From the IMG/VR virus record IMGVR_UViG_2513237141_000003, positions 64,001-128,000 of that record: 64,000 bases of DNA; one strand, 5' to 3'. Origin of the DNA: a virus. Taxonomy: Duplodnaviria > Heunggongvirae > Uroviricota > Caudoviricetes. Below are positions 51,146 to 60,480 of this stretch, in pieces (position 1 is the stretch's first letter; every line of letters begins with the position of its first letter). The notes under the pieces were generated by a model. The model made no database searches and was not told the origin of the DNA. It worked only from the letters and a program-made list of their open reading frames with translations. The translations under genes and the position numbers were made by a program.

Positions 51146-52486
51146 CTAGTCTTTCCAGGGGTCTTCGAGATCCTTGCCTGCCATGACCACGGCGAACGGC
51201 CGCAGCGTGTGCAGGACCTTAATCGTGCCGGCGTGCTCGGCGATCACCTCGGGTAGGCGACGGTAGGCCATGGGGCTCTCATCGAGGTCAGCGCCGATGA
51301 GCGTGACGCCGCGCTCGTGGAGCCAGCGGTCCATCTGCTTGCGCGTGAACGTCCTCTTGGCGGCGGTCCGGCTGAACAGGCGGCCGGCGCCGTGCACAGT
51401 CGAATAGAGCGAGGCCTTCGACTCTTCACTGTCGACGCCTTCGATGATCACGGCATCGTCGCCCATGGAGCCGCCGACAAAGCCCTTCTGGCCCGGGAAG
51501 GCAGGCGTTGCCCCCTTGCGCACGACCCAGAGATCCTTGCCGTTGTGGTTCTCGCGCCACGCATAATTGTGATGGTTGTGGATGGTCTCGGTGATGTTGC
51601 CGCCGATGATCTGGCGCACCCGATCCACGACCCACTCCCGGCCCGCATAAGCATAGCGGCCCGCCAGCTCCATGGCGGCGATGTAGCGCCGCCCAAGCTC
51701 AGAGTCCTCGTCGATCACGGCCGGCGGCACGTTCATGCCGTCCTTGCCGCCGGCCGCCTTGAGATAGCGCGTCGCCGAGGTATGGCCGAGGCCGCGGGAG
51801 CCGAAGTGAACGCCGACCCACACGTAACCGTCTTCGTCGCGCATCAGATCGACATAGTGGTTGCCCGAGCCAACGGTGCCGAGCTGGGAGACCGCCTTCT
51901 GGCGGTAGCCCTCCATGTCGCTCTCGACCCACGCGTGGCCATCGTCGAACAGCGCGTGCTCCACCTTCTCGGCATTGGTTCGACCCACACCGAAGGAGAT
52001 GATCCTGGCGATGTCGCGCGCAAGCAAGGGAGCTACGTCGCGGATCGCCTCATAGGGCGTGTCGAGGCGCGCGGCCATGTTGCCGCAGCCGATGTCAAAG
52101 CCGACACCCGAGATGGAAATCTGCCCTTCATAGGCGATGACACCCCCAACAGGCTGAGCATAACCAAGGTGGCCATCAGCGCAGATCACACCGCCCACGA
52201 CGTTGCCGACCGCCATGCAGTTGCGCATCTGCTCGATGGTGGCCTCGTCGTGCTGGCCGTGGACCTCCAGGGGCGCGTTCTGAAAGCGAGCCTCCTGCGG
52301 ACGCAGGGCCACAATCTCCGCACTGGCGGCCGCGGCTTCGCGGCCCAGGTGCTCTTTACGGGCAGCATCGCGATAGAGACACCACGCGGGTTGTCCGCGA
52401 CCTTCGCCGACGCGAGAGTCGGGATCAACGCCAGCAGCGACGCACAATTCTCGCGCTCGCTCCATGTAGGGATCAGATCGTCTCAA
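51146..52486 (-). CDS. rtcB: RtcB 3'-phosphate/2',3'-cyclic phosphate RNA ligase with an N-terminal extension
   Basis: DGHLGY..PVGGV, GFDIGCG, GSGNHY, HFGSRGLG, HNHHN, RKGATPA, HGAGR, DESPMAYR. Confidence 0.93.
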   Translation of the reverse strand: MRRSDPYMERARELCVAAGVDPDSRVGEGRGQPAWCLYRDAARKEHLGREAAAASAEIVALRPQEARFQNAPLEVHGQHDEATIEQMRNCMAVGNVVGGVICADGHLGYAQPVGGVIAYEGQISISGVGFDIGCGNMAARLDTPYEAIRDVAPLLARDIARIISFGVGRTNAEKVEHALFDDGHAWVESDMEGYRQKAVSQLGTVGSGNHYVDLMRDEDGYVWVGVHFGSRGLGHTSATRYLKAAGGKDGMNVPPAVIDEDSELGRRYIAAMELAGRYAYAGREWVVDRVRQIIGGNITETIHNHHNYAWRENHNGKDLWVVRKGATPAFPGQKGFVGGSMGDDAVIIEGVDSEESKASLYSTVHGAGRLFSRTAAKRTFTRKQMDRWLHERGVTLIGADLDESPMAYRRLPEVIAEHAGTIKVLHTLRPFAVVMAGKDLEDPWKD

Positions 52487-52509
52487 TGCTGGTCTCCTTG
52501 GGAAGGGGA

Positions 52510-53121
52510 TTAGACAATCCTTGGCAATCTCAAACCTCGTACGCGCTCCTGAAGCGCCTTCAGGCGGCTCAGGATCGCGTCCGGCTCGAAGCGACGGTAG
52601 AGGCCGTCAAGCGATGGCGGCTCACGGTCGCGGGTAAAGGTTAGTGTGGGCGTAAAGTCCGAAACCTTGTCCTCAAACTGGACCAGGCTAATGACGGTGT
52701 TGTTTTCCATCAGCCGAATGGTGTGGACTTCGTGATGCCGCATGGAATAGCGCCGTCCGGCCGAGCAGGAGTATTTCCGCACACAAGACAGGCGCGTTTC
52801 GCCAACCCACGTAAAGCCGTCGCCACCGAGTAGCGGCGTCTCATAGGCGAACCGCTGGAAAAGCTCCCCCGTACGGCTCTCGCTAAACCACATATTCTGC
52901 ACGCGCCCAGCGACGCAGAGCGTCGTGAAGTCATATCGGTGATCGTGCGGGTTCACGACCTCCGGCAGCTTCGAGACATCGCCATCGAAGAAATAGAGCT
53001 TGACCGTCTCCGACGGAGAGCGGCGCAGGCAGATGTAATCAAAGCCCTTGACGTGGAAGTCCCGATACGAGGTGGCGATCACCTCGTCCATGGGGACGTC
53101 GGGCAGGGTGGCGAATGACAA
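52510..53121 (-). CDS. Cupin-like phage protein
   Basis: PHDHRYDFTT..VAG and HHEVHTI resemble the two cupin metal motifs. Confidence 0.62.
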   Translation of the reverse strand: MSFATLPDVPMDEVIATSYRDFHVKGFDYICLRRSPSETVKLYFFDGDVSKLPEVVNPHDHRYDFTTLCVAGRVQNMWFSESRTGELFQRFAYETPLLGGDGFTWVGETRLSCVRKYSCSAGRRYSMRHHEVHTIRLMENNTVISLVQFEDKVSDFTPTLTFTRDREPPSLDGLYRRFEPDAILSRLKALQERVRGLRLPRIV

Positions 53122-53161
53122 TGTGGTCTCCTTGACCCGCTGCGAACGGGGACGTGCGATT

Positions 53162-53191
53162 CAATTTGCACCAAGTTGGTGCATTTGTAAA
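53162..53191 (-). promoter_or_regulatory. Putative early promoter containing an operator palindrome
   Basis: On the - strand TTTACA-N17-CAAATT; the spacer is covered by the inverted repeat TGCACCAA-G-TTGGTGCA (53167-53183). Confidence 0.55.
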
Positions 53192-53194
53192 GCG

Positions 53195-53380
53195 TCAATC
53201 TGCGATTGGTCCCATCATCTGCCGAAAATGTTCGTGGCAGACGTAGGCCGTCAGCGGGTGCCGTTGCGGGAGAGGGTCATCGTAAAAGACGGCCTCTTCG
53301 ACCTTGTGCTCGGCCGGGGCACCGCAGTGGCAGCGCTCGCCTTCGCAACAGCCGGAGATAAAGCGGGGTCTAGTCATCAC
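53195..53380 (-). CDS. Small Cys/His (Zn-binding) phage protein
   Basis: CCEGERCHCG...YVCHEHF; RBS GGAGG. Confidence 0.6.
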   Translation of the reverse strand: MMTRPRFISGCCEGERCHCGAPAEHKVEEAVFYDDPLPQRHPLTAYVCHEHFRQMMGPIAD

Positions 53381-53431
53381 CCCACCTCCAACTCAAAGCC
53401 CGGACTCAGCCGTAAACAAGACGAGAACAAC

Positions 53432-53452
53432 TGTGCCTGTTTTTGTGCCTGT
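53432..53452. repeat. Tandem direct repeat near att (candidate integrase arm sites)
   Basis: TGTGCCTGT-TTT-TGTGCCTGT, ~85 bp from the tRNA 3' end. Confidence 0.55.
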
Positions 53453-53535
53453 CGCGACCGCTGCTGTTCGCCGTATGTGCCGCTTATGCCGGGGCCGTCA
53501 AATCGCGAAAACGTAAGTAATTCAAGCGGTTTACT

Positions 53536-53610
53536 TGGTGCCGGCTGAGGGGATTGAACCCCCGACCTTCGGTTTACAAAACCGCTGCTCTACCGCTGAG
53601 CTAAGCCGGC
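53536..53610 (-). tRNA. tRNA-Thr(TGT), probable prophage attachment site
   Basis: GCCGGCTTAGCTCAGCGGTAGAGCAGCGGTTTTGTAAACCGAAGGTCGGGGGTTCAATCCCCTCAGCCGGCACCA. Confidence 0.96.
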
Positions 53611-53785
53611 GACAGGCGAAAAACCGCGCTTTCGATTGATCGCGCTCCCCGTGGACGGGGCGGACGGGCCGTCAGATAGCAGAGTTGGGCTGCCAGGGCT
53701 ACAGGCTGACGAGCCGCCTGGAGGCGTTTGTTGCAGTCCCCTGTGTGGTAGAATCGCGATCCGGAATCGGGGCGCGGGCACGCAC

Positions 53786-54079
53786 ATGACCAAAAGGCCT
53801 CTTGTCGGCATGGCCTTGGCTGTCGGCGCGCTGGCCCTCGCCGCCATCAGCGGGGCACGGGCGGCCGATCCCGCCTTCTGCCGGCAGTATTCGCAGGCAG
53901 CCCTGAAGCAGGTGCGCGGCGCGCTTGCCAATCCGCGCTGTGCGGCCGGCCTGCAGGGTTCACGCTGGTTGACGGATTTTTCCGTTCACTACCAATGATG
54001 CCTGGGCCTGTCCTACGCCGACGCGGGTGTCGAGCGTGATGCAAGGATCAGGTATCTGCGCGGTTGCGGCGAGGGTTGA
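53786..54079 (+). pseudogene. Secreted 4-Cys protein interrupted by an in-frame TGA at 53996-98
   Basis: Signal peptide ...GARA-ADPAFCRQY; the frame continues after HYQ* as CLGLSYADAGVERDARIRYLRGCGEG. Confidence 0.6.
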
Positions 54080-54325
54080 GGCCGCCGCGAGCATCGCCGC
54101 GCCAAGAACGCTGAGGTCTGCATTGGGGGCCTCTGTTGTGGTTGCGGCGTTAGCAACAAGCACGGGAGAGGTTGCGTTCCTCATCAGCCTTTCGCTTCAC
54201 ACGGCGTTGAGGCGCACAAAGGGGGTTGTGCGGCTCTGGCACGGGTGCTCAAGTTCCACGCGCCGTCACCTGCATCGAAGCGATCGTGGGAGCGGCGGCT
54301 TTTGTGGCGGGCGAGAAGCGGGCCG

Positions 54326-55018
54326 ATGTTTGCAATTTTAGGGTTGGGCTTCCTCCTGGGCATGCAGCATGCGCTGGAGGCCGATCACATTGCCGCGGTC
54401 TCGAGCATCGCCGCCCGGCGCAGCGAGGTCGCCGACATCGTCAAGCATGGCCTGACCTGGGGGTTCGGCCACACCGTGACGCTGTTCCTGTTTGCGGGGG
54501 CGGCGATCCTGCTCGGGCATGCCATTCCGAAGCACTGGTCGCAGCCGCTGGAGACCGCGGTCGGCATCATGCTGGTAGGTCTGGGAGCACATGTGCTGTG
54601 GCGGCTGTGGCATGACCGTGTGCATTTTCACGGTCACGCCCATGGCGATGGCAGGCTGCACTTCCATGCCCATAGCCATGCTGGCGAACGCGGGTCGCAT
54701 GACCGCGCGAGCCACGAGCACAGTCACGGCTTTCGCTGGCGCACGCTGTTGGTCGGGTTGATGCATGGCATGGCCGGATCGGCGGCGCTGTTGGTGCTCA
54801 CAGTGTCCCGGGCGCCGAATGCCGCGATCGGGCTCGGCTATGTCGCGCTGTTCGGCGTCGGCTCGATGATCGGGATGGGGGTGCTGTCGACCGTGATCGC
54901 GGTGCCGATCGCGATCTCTGCGCGCTGGCTCACCCTTGCCAATCGCGGCCTGCAGGGCGCTGTCGGGCTCGTCACCATGGCGATCGGGCTGCACACCATC
55001 GTCGCGACGGCGCTCTAA
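54326..55018 (+). CDS. UreH/NiCoT-like nickel-cobalt transporter
   Basis: LGMQHALEADHIAAV, WGFGHT, His-rich loop, GLMHGMAGSAAL. Confidence 0.88.
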   Translation: MFAILGLGFLLGMQHALEADHIAAVSSIAARRSEVADIVKHGLTWGFGHTVTLFLFAGAAILLGHAIPKHWSQPLETAVGIMLVGLGAHVLWRLWHDRVHFHGHAHGDGRLHFHAHSHAGERGSHDRASHEHSHGFRWRTLLVGLMHGMAGSAALLVLTVSRAPNAAIGLGYVALFGVGSMIGMGVLSTVIAVPIAISARWLTLANRGLQGAVGLVTMAIGLHTIVATAL

Positions 55019-55161
55019 ATTAACGCTTTGGTGTTGGGATAGCCGGCAATTGACCCCGGTAAATGCCTATCCCGTTAGGCTTACCGGACGTTTAGTGCGG
55101 CCCTTTAACACTTGCGATGCGGTCATTGGCTAAATTGCCGCTTCGAGTACCGGACCTTTCC

Positions 55162-55641
55162 ATGCGCCTTCAAGCGGCTTTGGCCATTCTGATCGGACTT
55201 GCGCCCGCGGCATACGCCTCGGACGGGTTCAATGTCGTCATCCCCGGCCGGCCCGGCGTCCCCGTGATCATCAACGGCGTGGATGCGTCCTTCGGTGTCG
55301 TGGAGGGCGAATTCGGCCTCGGCAAGGGCGTCAACAACCAGCCGACGGTGTATGGCGGCCACTACGTCGATGTGGTCCCCAATGTCGGTCATTATTATCC
55401 GAGCCTCGGGCAGCGGCCCGGCTATGGCCGGCTCGAGGTCGAGCCGCCGCCAAATCGTCCGCTGCCGAAGCCGGCCGAATCCTATCATGAATCATGGTCG
55501 GCGCACTCCATGCCGCTGCCGGCGACATCGCCGCAGGAGGTGCCGGCCTATCCGCCGCCGGTGATCGTGGCGCCGCCGATGGGCAATGATTTCCAACAGC
55601 GCAAGATGCGACCGCCAATGCCGAAGCATTTTCCGAACTAA
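55162..55641 (+). CDS. Secreted Pro-rich hypothetical protein
   Basis: Signal MRLQAALAILIGLAPAAYA; Pro-rich tail. Confidence 0.7.
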   Translation: MRLQAALAILIGLAPAAYASDGFNVVIPGRPGVPVIINGVDASFGVVEGEFGLGKGVNNQPTVYGGHYVDVVPNVGHYYPSLGQRPGYGRLEVEPPPNRPLPKPAESYHESWSAHSMPLPATSPQEVPAYPPPVIVAPPMGNDFQQRKMRPPMPKHFPN

Positions 55642-55685
55642 GTTTTTTTAAGCCAACGAAAACAGGCATAACAGGAGAGAGAGTA

Positions 55686-56171
55686 ATGCGTCAGACTTTG
55701 ACAGGAATGATGGCAGCCGTCGGCTTGATGACCGTCGGTGCCGCGCCGGCAATGGCGTGTGGCTGGGGTGGCTGCTGCGGCTTATATTCGCCTTGCGCCC
55801 AGACCTATGCAACGGCCTATACCTACGCGCCGGCCTATACTTACGGCTATTCGGGCTGCGGCGGCTGCGGCAATTTCGGTTATGCCGGTTGGGGCTTTGA
55901 GCGCCTCGCGGCTCCCACCACTCAATATTATTACGTGAACCAGGGCCCGACCTATACCGGCCCCGGCGCGTTCGCGCCCTATCCGGTCTATGAGGAGAAC
56001 GCGGTGCCTGTCGAGCATCCTGCTCGCTACGGTTACTATGAAGGCGCGGGCGTCGCAGCTCCGCCGGTCTACGGCTATCGCTACGGCTACGCGCGGCATC
56101 ACTACCGTCACTACACCTATCACTATGGCCCGTATTATAATGGCCGTCGTGTGCTGCGCCGCTATTACTGA
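55686..56171 (+). CDS. Secreted Tyr/Gly/Pro-rich hypothetical protein
   Basis: RBS AGGAGA; signal ...GAAPAMA-C; YYYVNQGPTY. Confidence 0.75.
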   Translation: MRQTLTGMMAAVGLMTVGAAPAMACGWGGCCGLYSPCAQTYATAYTYAPAYTYGYSGCGGCGNFGYAGWGFERLAAPTTQYYYVNQGPTYTGPGAFAPYPVYEENAVPVEHPARYGYYEGAGVAAPPVYGYRYGYARHHYRHYTYHYGPYYNGRRVLRRYY

Positions 56172-56227
56172 GCTTTAGATTTGTCCTGAGCTTCAACGCC
56201 TGTCCGCAGCCTGCGGGCAGGCGTTTC

Positions 56228-57064
56228 TCATTTCATCAGGTCAAGCCGGCTGGCGCCGATATAGAGCGCGAGCACCGCGGCATTGGAGACGTTGAGGCTC
56301 TTGATCTCGCCGGGCATGTCGAGCCGCGCGACCGCGCTGCAGGTCTCCCGGGTCAATTGCCGCAGACCCTTGCCCTCGGCGCCGAGCACCAGCGCAAGCG
56401 GCTCGCGCAATCCAATGGCCGAAAGATCTTCGCTGCCCTCGCTGTCGAGGCCGACGGTCTGAAACCCGCGCTCGTTCAACGCCGTGAGCGCGCGAGCGAG
56501 ATTTTGCACCGTCACCAGCGGCACGAGCTCGAGCGCGCCTGAGGCGGCTTTCGCCAGCACGCCCGTGGCCTCCGGGCTGTGCCGCGCGGTGGTGACGATG
56601 GCCTTCACGGCAAAGGCCGCTGCGGAGCGCAGGATCGCGCCGACATTGTGCGGATCGGTGATCTGGTCGAGCACCAGCACCAGACCTTTCGGCGCGAGCG
56701 TCTCGAGGTCCGGCGAGGGCAGGGGATCGGTCACGGCATAAAGCCCCTGATGCACCGCGTCAGCGGTGAGCAGCCGGTCGATGTCGTTGGGCCGCACGAT
56801 CTCCGGGGTGATCCGGGTCGGGACGTTCTCCTCGGCCAGCCGGTGTGCGGCATTCTCGGTGAGCAGGAGCTTGCGGAAGCGTCGTTCGGGGTTGGCGAGC
56901 GCCATGCTGACGGTGTGCCAGCCATAGAGGATGACCGGGCCGTCGGGGGACGCGTCACGGGCACGAAATGCGGGCCTCGGGCCAGATTTTCGCCCGAGGC
57001 TGCCCTTGACGTATGGCTTTCCCCCGCCGCGCCGAAACGGCGGCTTTCGGTCACGATTGGTCAT
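56228..57064 (-). CDS. rlmB: TrmH/SpoU-family rRNA methyltransferase (RlmB-like)
   Basis: LDQITDPHNVGAILRS, LVLGAEGKGLR, KSLNVSNAA; next to tRNA-Tyr. Confidence 0.88.
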   Translation of the reverse strand: MTNRDRKPPFRRGGGKPYVKGSLGRKSGPRPAFRARDASPDGPVILYGWHTVSMALANPERRFRKLLLTENAAHRLAEENVPTRITPEIVRPNDIDRLLTADAVHQGLYAVTDPLPSPDLETLAPKGLVLVLDQITDPHNVGAILRSAAAFAVKAIVTTARHSPEATGVLAKAASGALELVPLVTVQNLARALTALNERGFQTVGLDSEGSEDLSAIGLREPLALVLGAEGKGLRQLTRETCSAVARLDMPGEIKSLNVSNAAVLALYIGASRLDLMK

Positions 57065-57298
57065 TTGTGCCTTCTTTTCCGTGCGCCTTGTGTCATGGGT
57101 TCCGAAGAATGGCAATTTGACTGGCTTTAGCCCCTATTTTGCGGTCGCGGATTGGTTGACTTTGCCGCTTCCCATCCCCATAAACGCGCCCGGCCGCTTC
57201 GCCCATCATTGTGGAGACGCGGTTTTCACCACTCCATGGCCGCAGGTCCGGCGCCGCCGCTCAAAAAAGCGGATCAGCGGACCGCGACGCCGTCGAGC

Positions 57299-57384
57299 GG
57301 GGGAGTGTCCCGAGTGGCAAAGGGAGCTGACTGTAAATCAGCCGCCTCATGGCTTCGAAGGTTCGAGTCCTTCCTCCCCCACCA
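57299..57384 (+). tRNA. tRNA-Tyr(GTA)
   Basis: GGGGGAG acceptor stem, GCTGA-CT-GTA-AA-TCAGC anticodon arm, long variable arm, 3' CCA. Confidence 0.96.
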
Positions 57385-57663
57385 ACTTGAAATCTCTGGC
57401 AAGTCCAGAACGCAGCTCGGACAGCTGTAATCAATCCGCAAGCATCGCTGTAAGCAATCCGAATTTCCCGGTTTGTACGCTGCCTCGAGGGCTACATTTG
57501 GCGCCCCATATGCGTGACGATCGGGGGCTACTTTCCACGGTCGGATGGGATTCAAGTGCTCCACGGCATGTCTCCGGCCGTCTCTGGAACGGTCAGATGA
57601 CCTTCCGGACCCATATTTGCTACTGAGTCGCCAGACCCGAACTCACGGAATGAAAGGAGAAGC

Positions 57664-58074
57664 ATGAAGATTGGATTCACGGGAACGCGGCGCGGTATGA
57701 CAGACGCGCAGCGCAATAGCCTCCGCAAATTCCTTCAGACCGCCGCTGGCGAGTTTCATCACGGCGATTGCATCGGAGCCGATGAGCAAGCCCATGATAT
57801 CGCCGAAGCGGCCGGGTTCGAGATCCACATCCACCCGCCGCTCAATCCGACGAAGCGAGCCTTCAAGATCACCCATGTTTCGAGGATGAGGCCCGAGCTT
57901 CCTTATCTCGCGCGCAACAGGAACATCGTATTTGCGACCGACGAGCTGGTTGCCACTCCGGCAGAGCCAGAGGAGCAATTGCGGTCGGGGACGTGGTCAA
58001 CCGTTCGTTTTGCCAGAACGAGAAATCGGCCGATCACGATCATTTACCCGGATGCCTCATTCAATCACTGTTGA
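57664..58074 (+). CDS. SLOG-family (DprA/YspA-like) nucleotide-binding protein
   Basis: KIGFTGTR, HHGDCIGAD, YLARNRNIV, RSGTWSTVRFA. Confidence 0.8.
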   Translation: MKIGFTGTRRGMTDAQRNSLRKFLQTAAGEFHHGDCIGADEQAHDIAEAAGFEIHIHPPLNPTKRAFKITHVSRMRPELPYLARNRNIVFATDELVATPAEPEEQLRSGTWSTVRFARTRNRPITIIYPDASFNHC

Positions 58075-58301
58075 CCGAGGAGCGACGTTTCGGGGCATCT
58101 AGCGACATGGGTACCTAGAGAAACAATATCCCAGAGCCTTTCGGCGGAGCCATCGGGCCTGTCCGCCTCTGGAATTATCTACATTCCGCTCTCCGGCCGT
58201 GATCGCCGGCGCCATGCTCGCGCGCTTCGCAAGGCGAGCGGACCCATTCGCGCAATCAACGGCGAATGCCGAGTGAGCAAAACGATGGCACTCGCCCCCA
58301 A

Positions 58302-59216
58302 TCACTTGCGGCTCCAGCGATCGGTGACGTTCCGAGGGACCCCCAAATCGAAAGATGGATGGAATTCTCTTGGCTTCCACGCGAAGTCGGCTGCGGCAGC
58401 CGATTTGTCGAAAACCAAATCGGTCGCCATTCTAATACCCATCTCAGCCTTGATGCCCGGAAAATAGCGCTGAACTAAGCGAAATATCAGCAGCCACAAA
58501 GGCCGCGGGACCGGAACGATGAAGCGAGGTCGTTTCAAGCCATCGAAGATGCGGCCGATCATTTCGCGATATGTAACTGTGTCCCCACCCGGTAAATCGT
58601 AAATCTTGTTGGCGGCTCTTTCAGATTGCGCTGCACTGACGGCAGCCACCGCACAATCCTCAGCATGGACCGGTTGGCGCAAACCGCTCCCCCGTCCGCA
58701 CAATGGAAAAAAGCCGAACCTCGCGATGAAACGGGCCAGTCGCGTGAGGTTACGATCGTTGCCCTCATCGTAAATGATAGTCGGGCGGAGCACCGTCCAC
58801 GTCACACCAATTTTATTGCAGCAAGCGATCACGTCGTTTTCGGCCCTTGCATAGGCGTCGATCCCCGCTCGCACTTCGGGATCAGGCGAATTGGCTTTCG
58901 TGGAGATACTCGTGGTCGTGAAGAGGACAACACGCCTCAGGGAAGGTGTAGCTATATCTGGCAACGCGCCTGCGAAGAGCCTCGCGCTCGCCGTGCAATA
59001 TATGACCTCAACTTCCGGCCAAGAGATTCCTTCTGGATTTGCGAGATCGCCCTTGATCCATCGAGCACGAGCCTCGCTCTGTTCCGTTCGGGAGAGGCCA
59101 AATGGTGGTTTGCTCTCCGTAAACAACTGACAGACGATGTGAGAGCCGACCAAACCCGAAGCTCCGATCACAAGACTGGATTCGGCATTGCCTGAACATT
59201 GCTTCATGATGGTCAC
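58302..59216 (-). CDS. NAD-dependent epimerase/dehydratase
   Basis: VIGASGLVG, Y..AE, LRPTIIY, PVHAEDCA. Confidence 0.88.
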   Translation of the reverse strand: MTIMKQCSGNAESSLVIGASGLVGSHIVCQLFTESKPPFGLSRTEQSEARARWIKGDLANPEGISWPEVEVIYCTASARLFAGALPDIATPSLRRVVLFTTTSISTKANSPDPEVRAGIDAYARAENDVIACCNKIGVTWTVLRPTIIYDEGNDRNLTRLARFIARFGFFPLCGRGSGLRQPVHAEDCAVAAVSAAQSERAANKIYDLPGGDTVTYREMIGRIFDGLKRPRFIVPVPRPLWLLIFRLVQRYFPGIKAEMGIRMATDLVFDKSAAAADFAWKPREFHPSFDLGVPRNVTDRWSRK

Positions 59217-59445
59217 GCCTCATTGACAGAAGCAACCATGAGCTGCAGTTTGATCTTACTTCCCGTCCTTTGCGAACGAGCTTGACTGGGACCCAAAAGC
59301 CACAGCGGCAGGGGAAAATACAACGCACAAGTTGTGCATTTCTATGTCTTTCTGTTAAGTTTCCAAACATTGTCAATTCTGTTCGCGCGGCGCGTACCGA
59401 AAACGATGTCGAACGGCCAGAAGACCATTCTCGCGGCCGTCAAAC

Positions 59446-60480
59446 ATGTTGTTTAATCTGCAGATCCTGCGCGGTATCGCGGCTGTCGGTGTAGTTTTTT
59501 ACCATACCGGCTTCCTTCTTGGCGGCGACCACCACACTGAATTTTTCGGCGTTTCGACCTTCTTTGTCATTTCCGGCTTTATCATGTGCTGGATCACGCG
59601 CGACGATGCGGATCGTTTCTTGCGCAAGCGCTTCGAGCGCATCGTGCCATTTTATTGGGCTTGCACTTTCGCTCTGATATTTCTCACGTTCAAACTGCCC
59701 TTAGATCTAATGAGCTGGCAATTCGTGACCTATTTGGCGCGAAGCTTGCTGTTTCTGCCGTCACTAGATTTCCCAGTGCTCCATGTGGGCTGGACGCTCA
59801 ACTTCGAAATATACTTTTATTTGGTGTTCGCGGTAGCGCTTTGGATCAATCAACGGTTTGCACCTCTGATCGCAGCCACATTCATTTATGGCGTGCTCTT
59901 ACTCGACTCGGTCGGCATTGGCGGGTTCCTGGTGCATTACTACTCACACGATTACATCCGCTATTTTCTCTACGGCATCGCGGTGTACTACGGTTGGGTT
60001 GCCCTCTCGCGCTTTGCGCCACGTTGGCCGACAATCATCATTGGCATTACAGCCATTGTGATCTGCTATGGGTCGCAATTCGTTAAGCCCTGGGTGCCAG
60101 ACCTGACGCTGCTCGCGCATGCGCCGATCATCATCGTGACCAGCGCATTATTTTTGGAGAGCAGCGGCGTCGTTGTTAGATGGCGACCGTTGGTCCTGAT
60201 CGGCGATGCCTCCTATGCTATCTACTTAACGCACCTCATCTTCTTCACGATGGCCGAGAGCCACGCCATACGACACGGTGAGACGCTGCCGAAAAATAGC
60301 GTCCAAGTGATGCTGCTTTGGGTTGCCGCGAGTATCGCAATCGGCGTTTGCGTTCATCTTTACGTCGAGAAGCCAATGCTGCGTAGGATTCGAAACGGAA
60401 ACTGGACAACAAGAAGAAGCGGCGAAAGCAAGGTGGAACATTCGGAAACGACCGTGGCTTCCGCGATGACGAAAGGCTAG
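59446..60480 (+). CDS. Acyltransferase family 3 (OafA-like O-acyltransferase)
   Basis: LQILRGIAA..VVFYH, FFVISGFIM, RKRFERIVP, WTLNFE, GDASYAIYLTH; multi-TM. Confidence 0.9.
   Translation: MLFNLQILRGIAAVGVVFYHTGFLLGGDHHTEFFGVSTFFVISGFIMCWITRDDADRFLRKRFERIVPFYWACTFALIFLTFKLPLDLMSWQFVTYLARSLLFLPSLDFPVLHVGWTLNFEIYFYLVFAVALWINQRFAPLIAATFIYGVLLLDSVGIGGFLVHYYSHDYIRYFLYGIAVYYGWVALSRFAPRWPTIIIGITAIVICYGSQFVKPWVPDLTLLAHAPIIIVTSALFLESSGVVVRWRPLVLIGDASYAIYLTHLIFFTMAESHAIRHGETLPKNSVQVMLLWVAASIAIGVCVHLYVEKPMLRRIRNGNWTTRRSGESKVEHSETTVASAMTKG

Larger units (their letters stand above)
1..53560. mobile_element. Prophage (contractile-tailed, temperate), right part; left end lies outside the window
   Basis: Continuous terminase-portal-protease-capsid-sheath-tube-TMP-baseplate-fibre-lysis genes on +, then a leftward operon of small phage genes ending at the 3' end of tRNA-Thr; host-type genes resume beyond the tRNA. 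The right boundary is inferred. Confidence 0.93.

Noticed and set aside
46709-53135. Recurring TGGTCTCCTTG motif in the leftward operon
   Set aside because: It is the reverse complement of a strong RBS (CAAGGAGACCA) before start codons, not a separate repeat family.
53996-53998. Selenocysteine or read-through interpretation of the in-frame TGA
   Set aside because: The context fits Trp rather than Cys/Sec and no SECIS-like hairpin is evident.
57274-57564. Minus-strand ORF with an RHAYG segment resembling an integrase motif
   Set aside because: Part of the ORF is the antisense translation of tRNA-Tyr and no other recombinase motifs are present.
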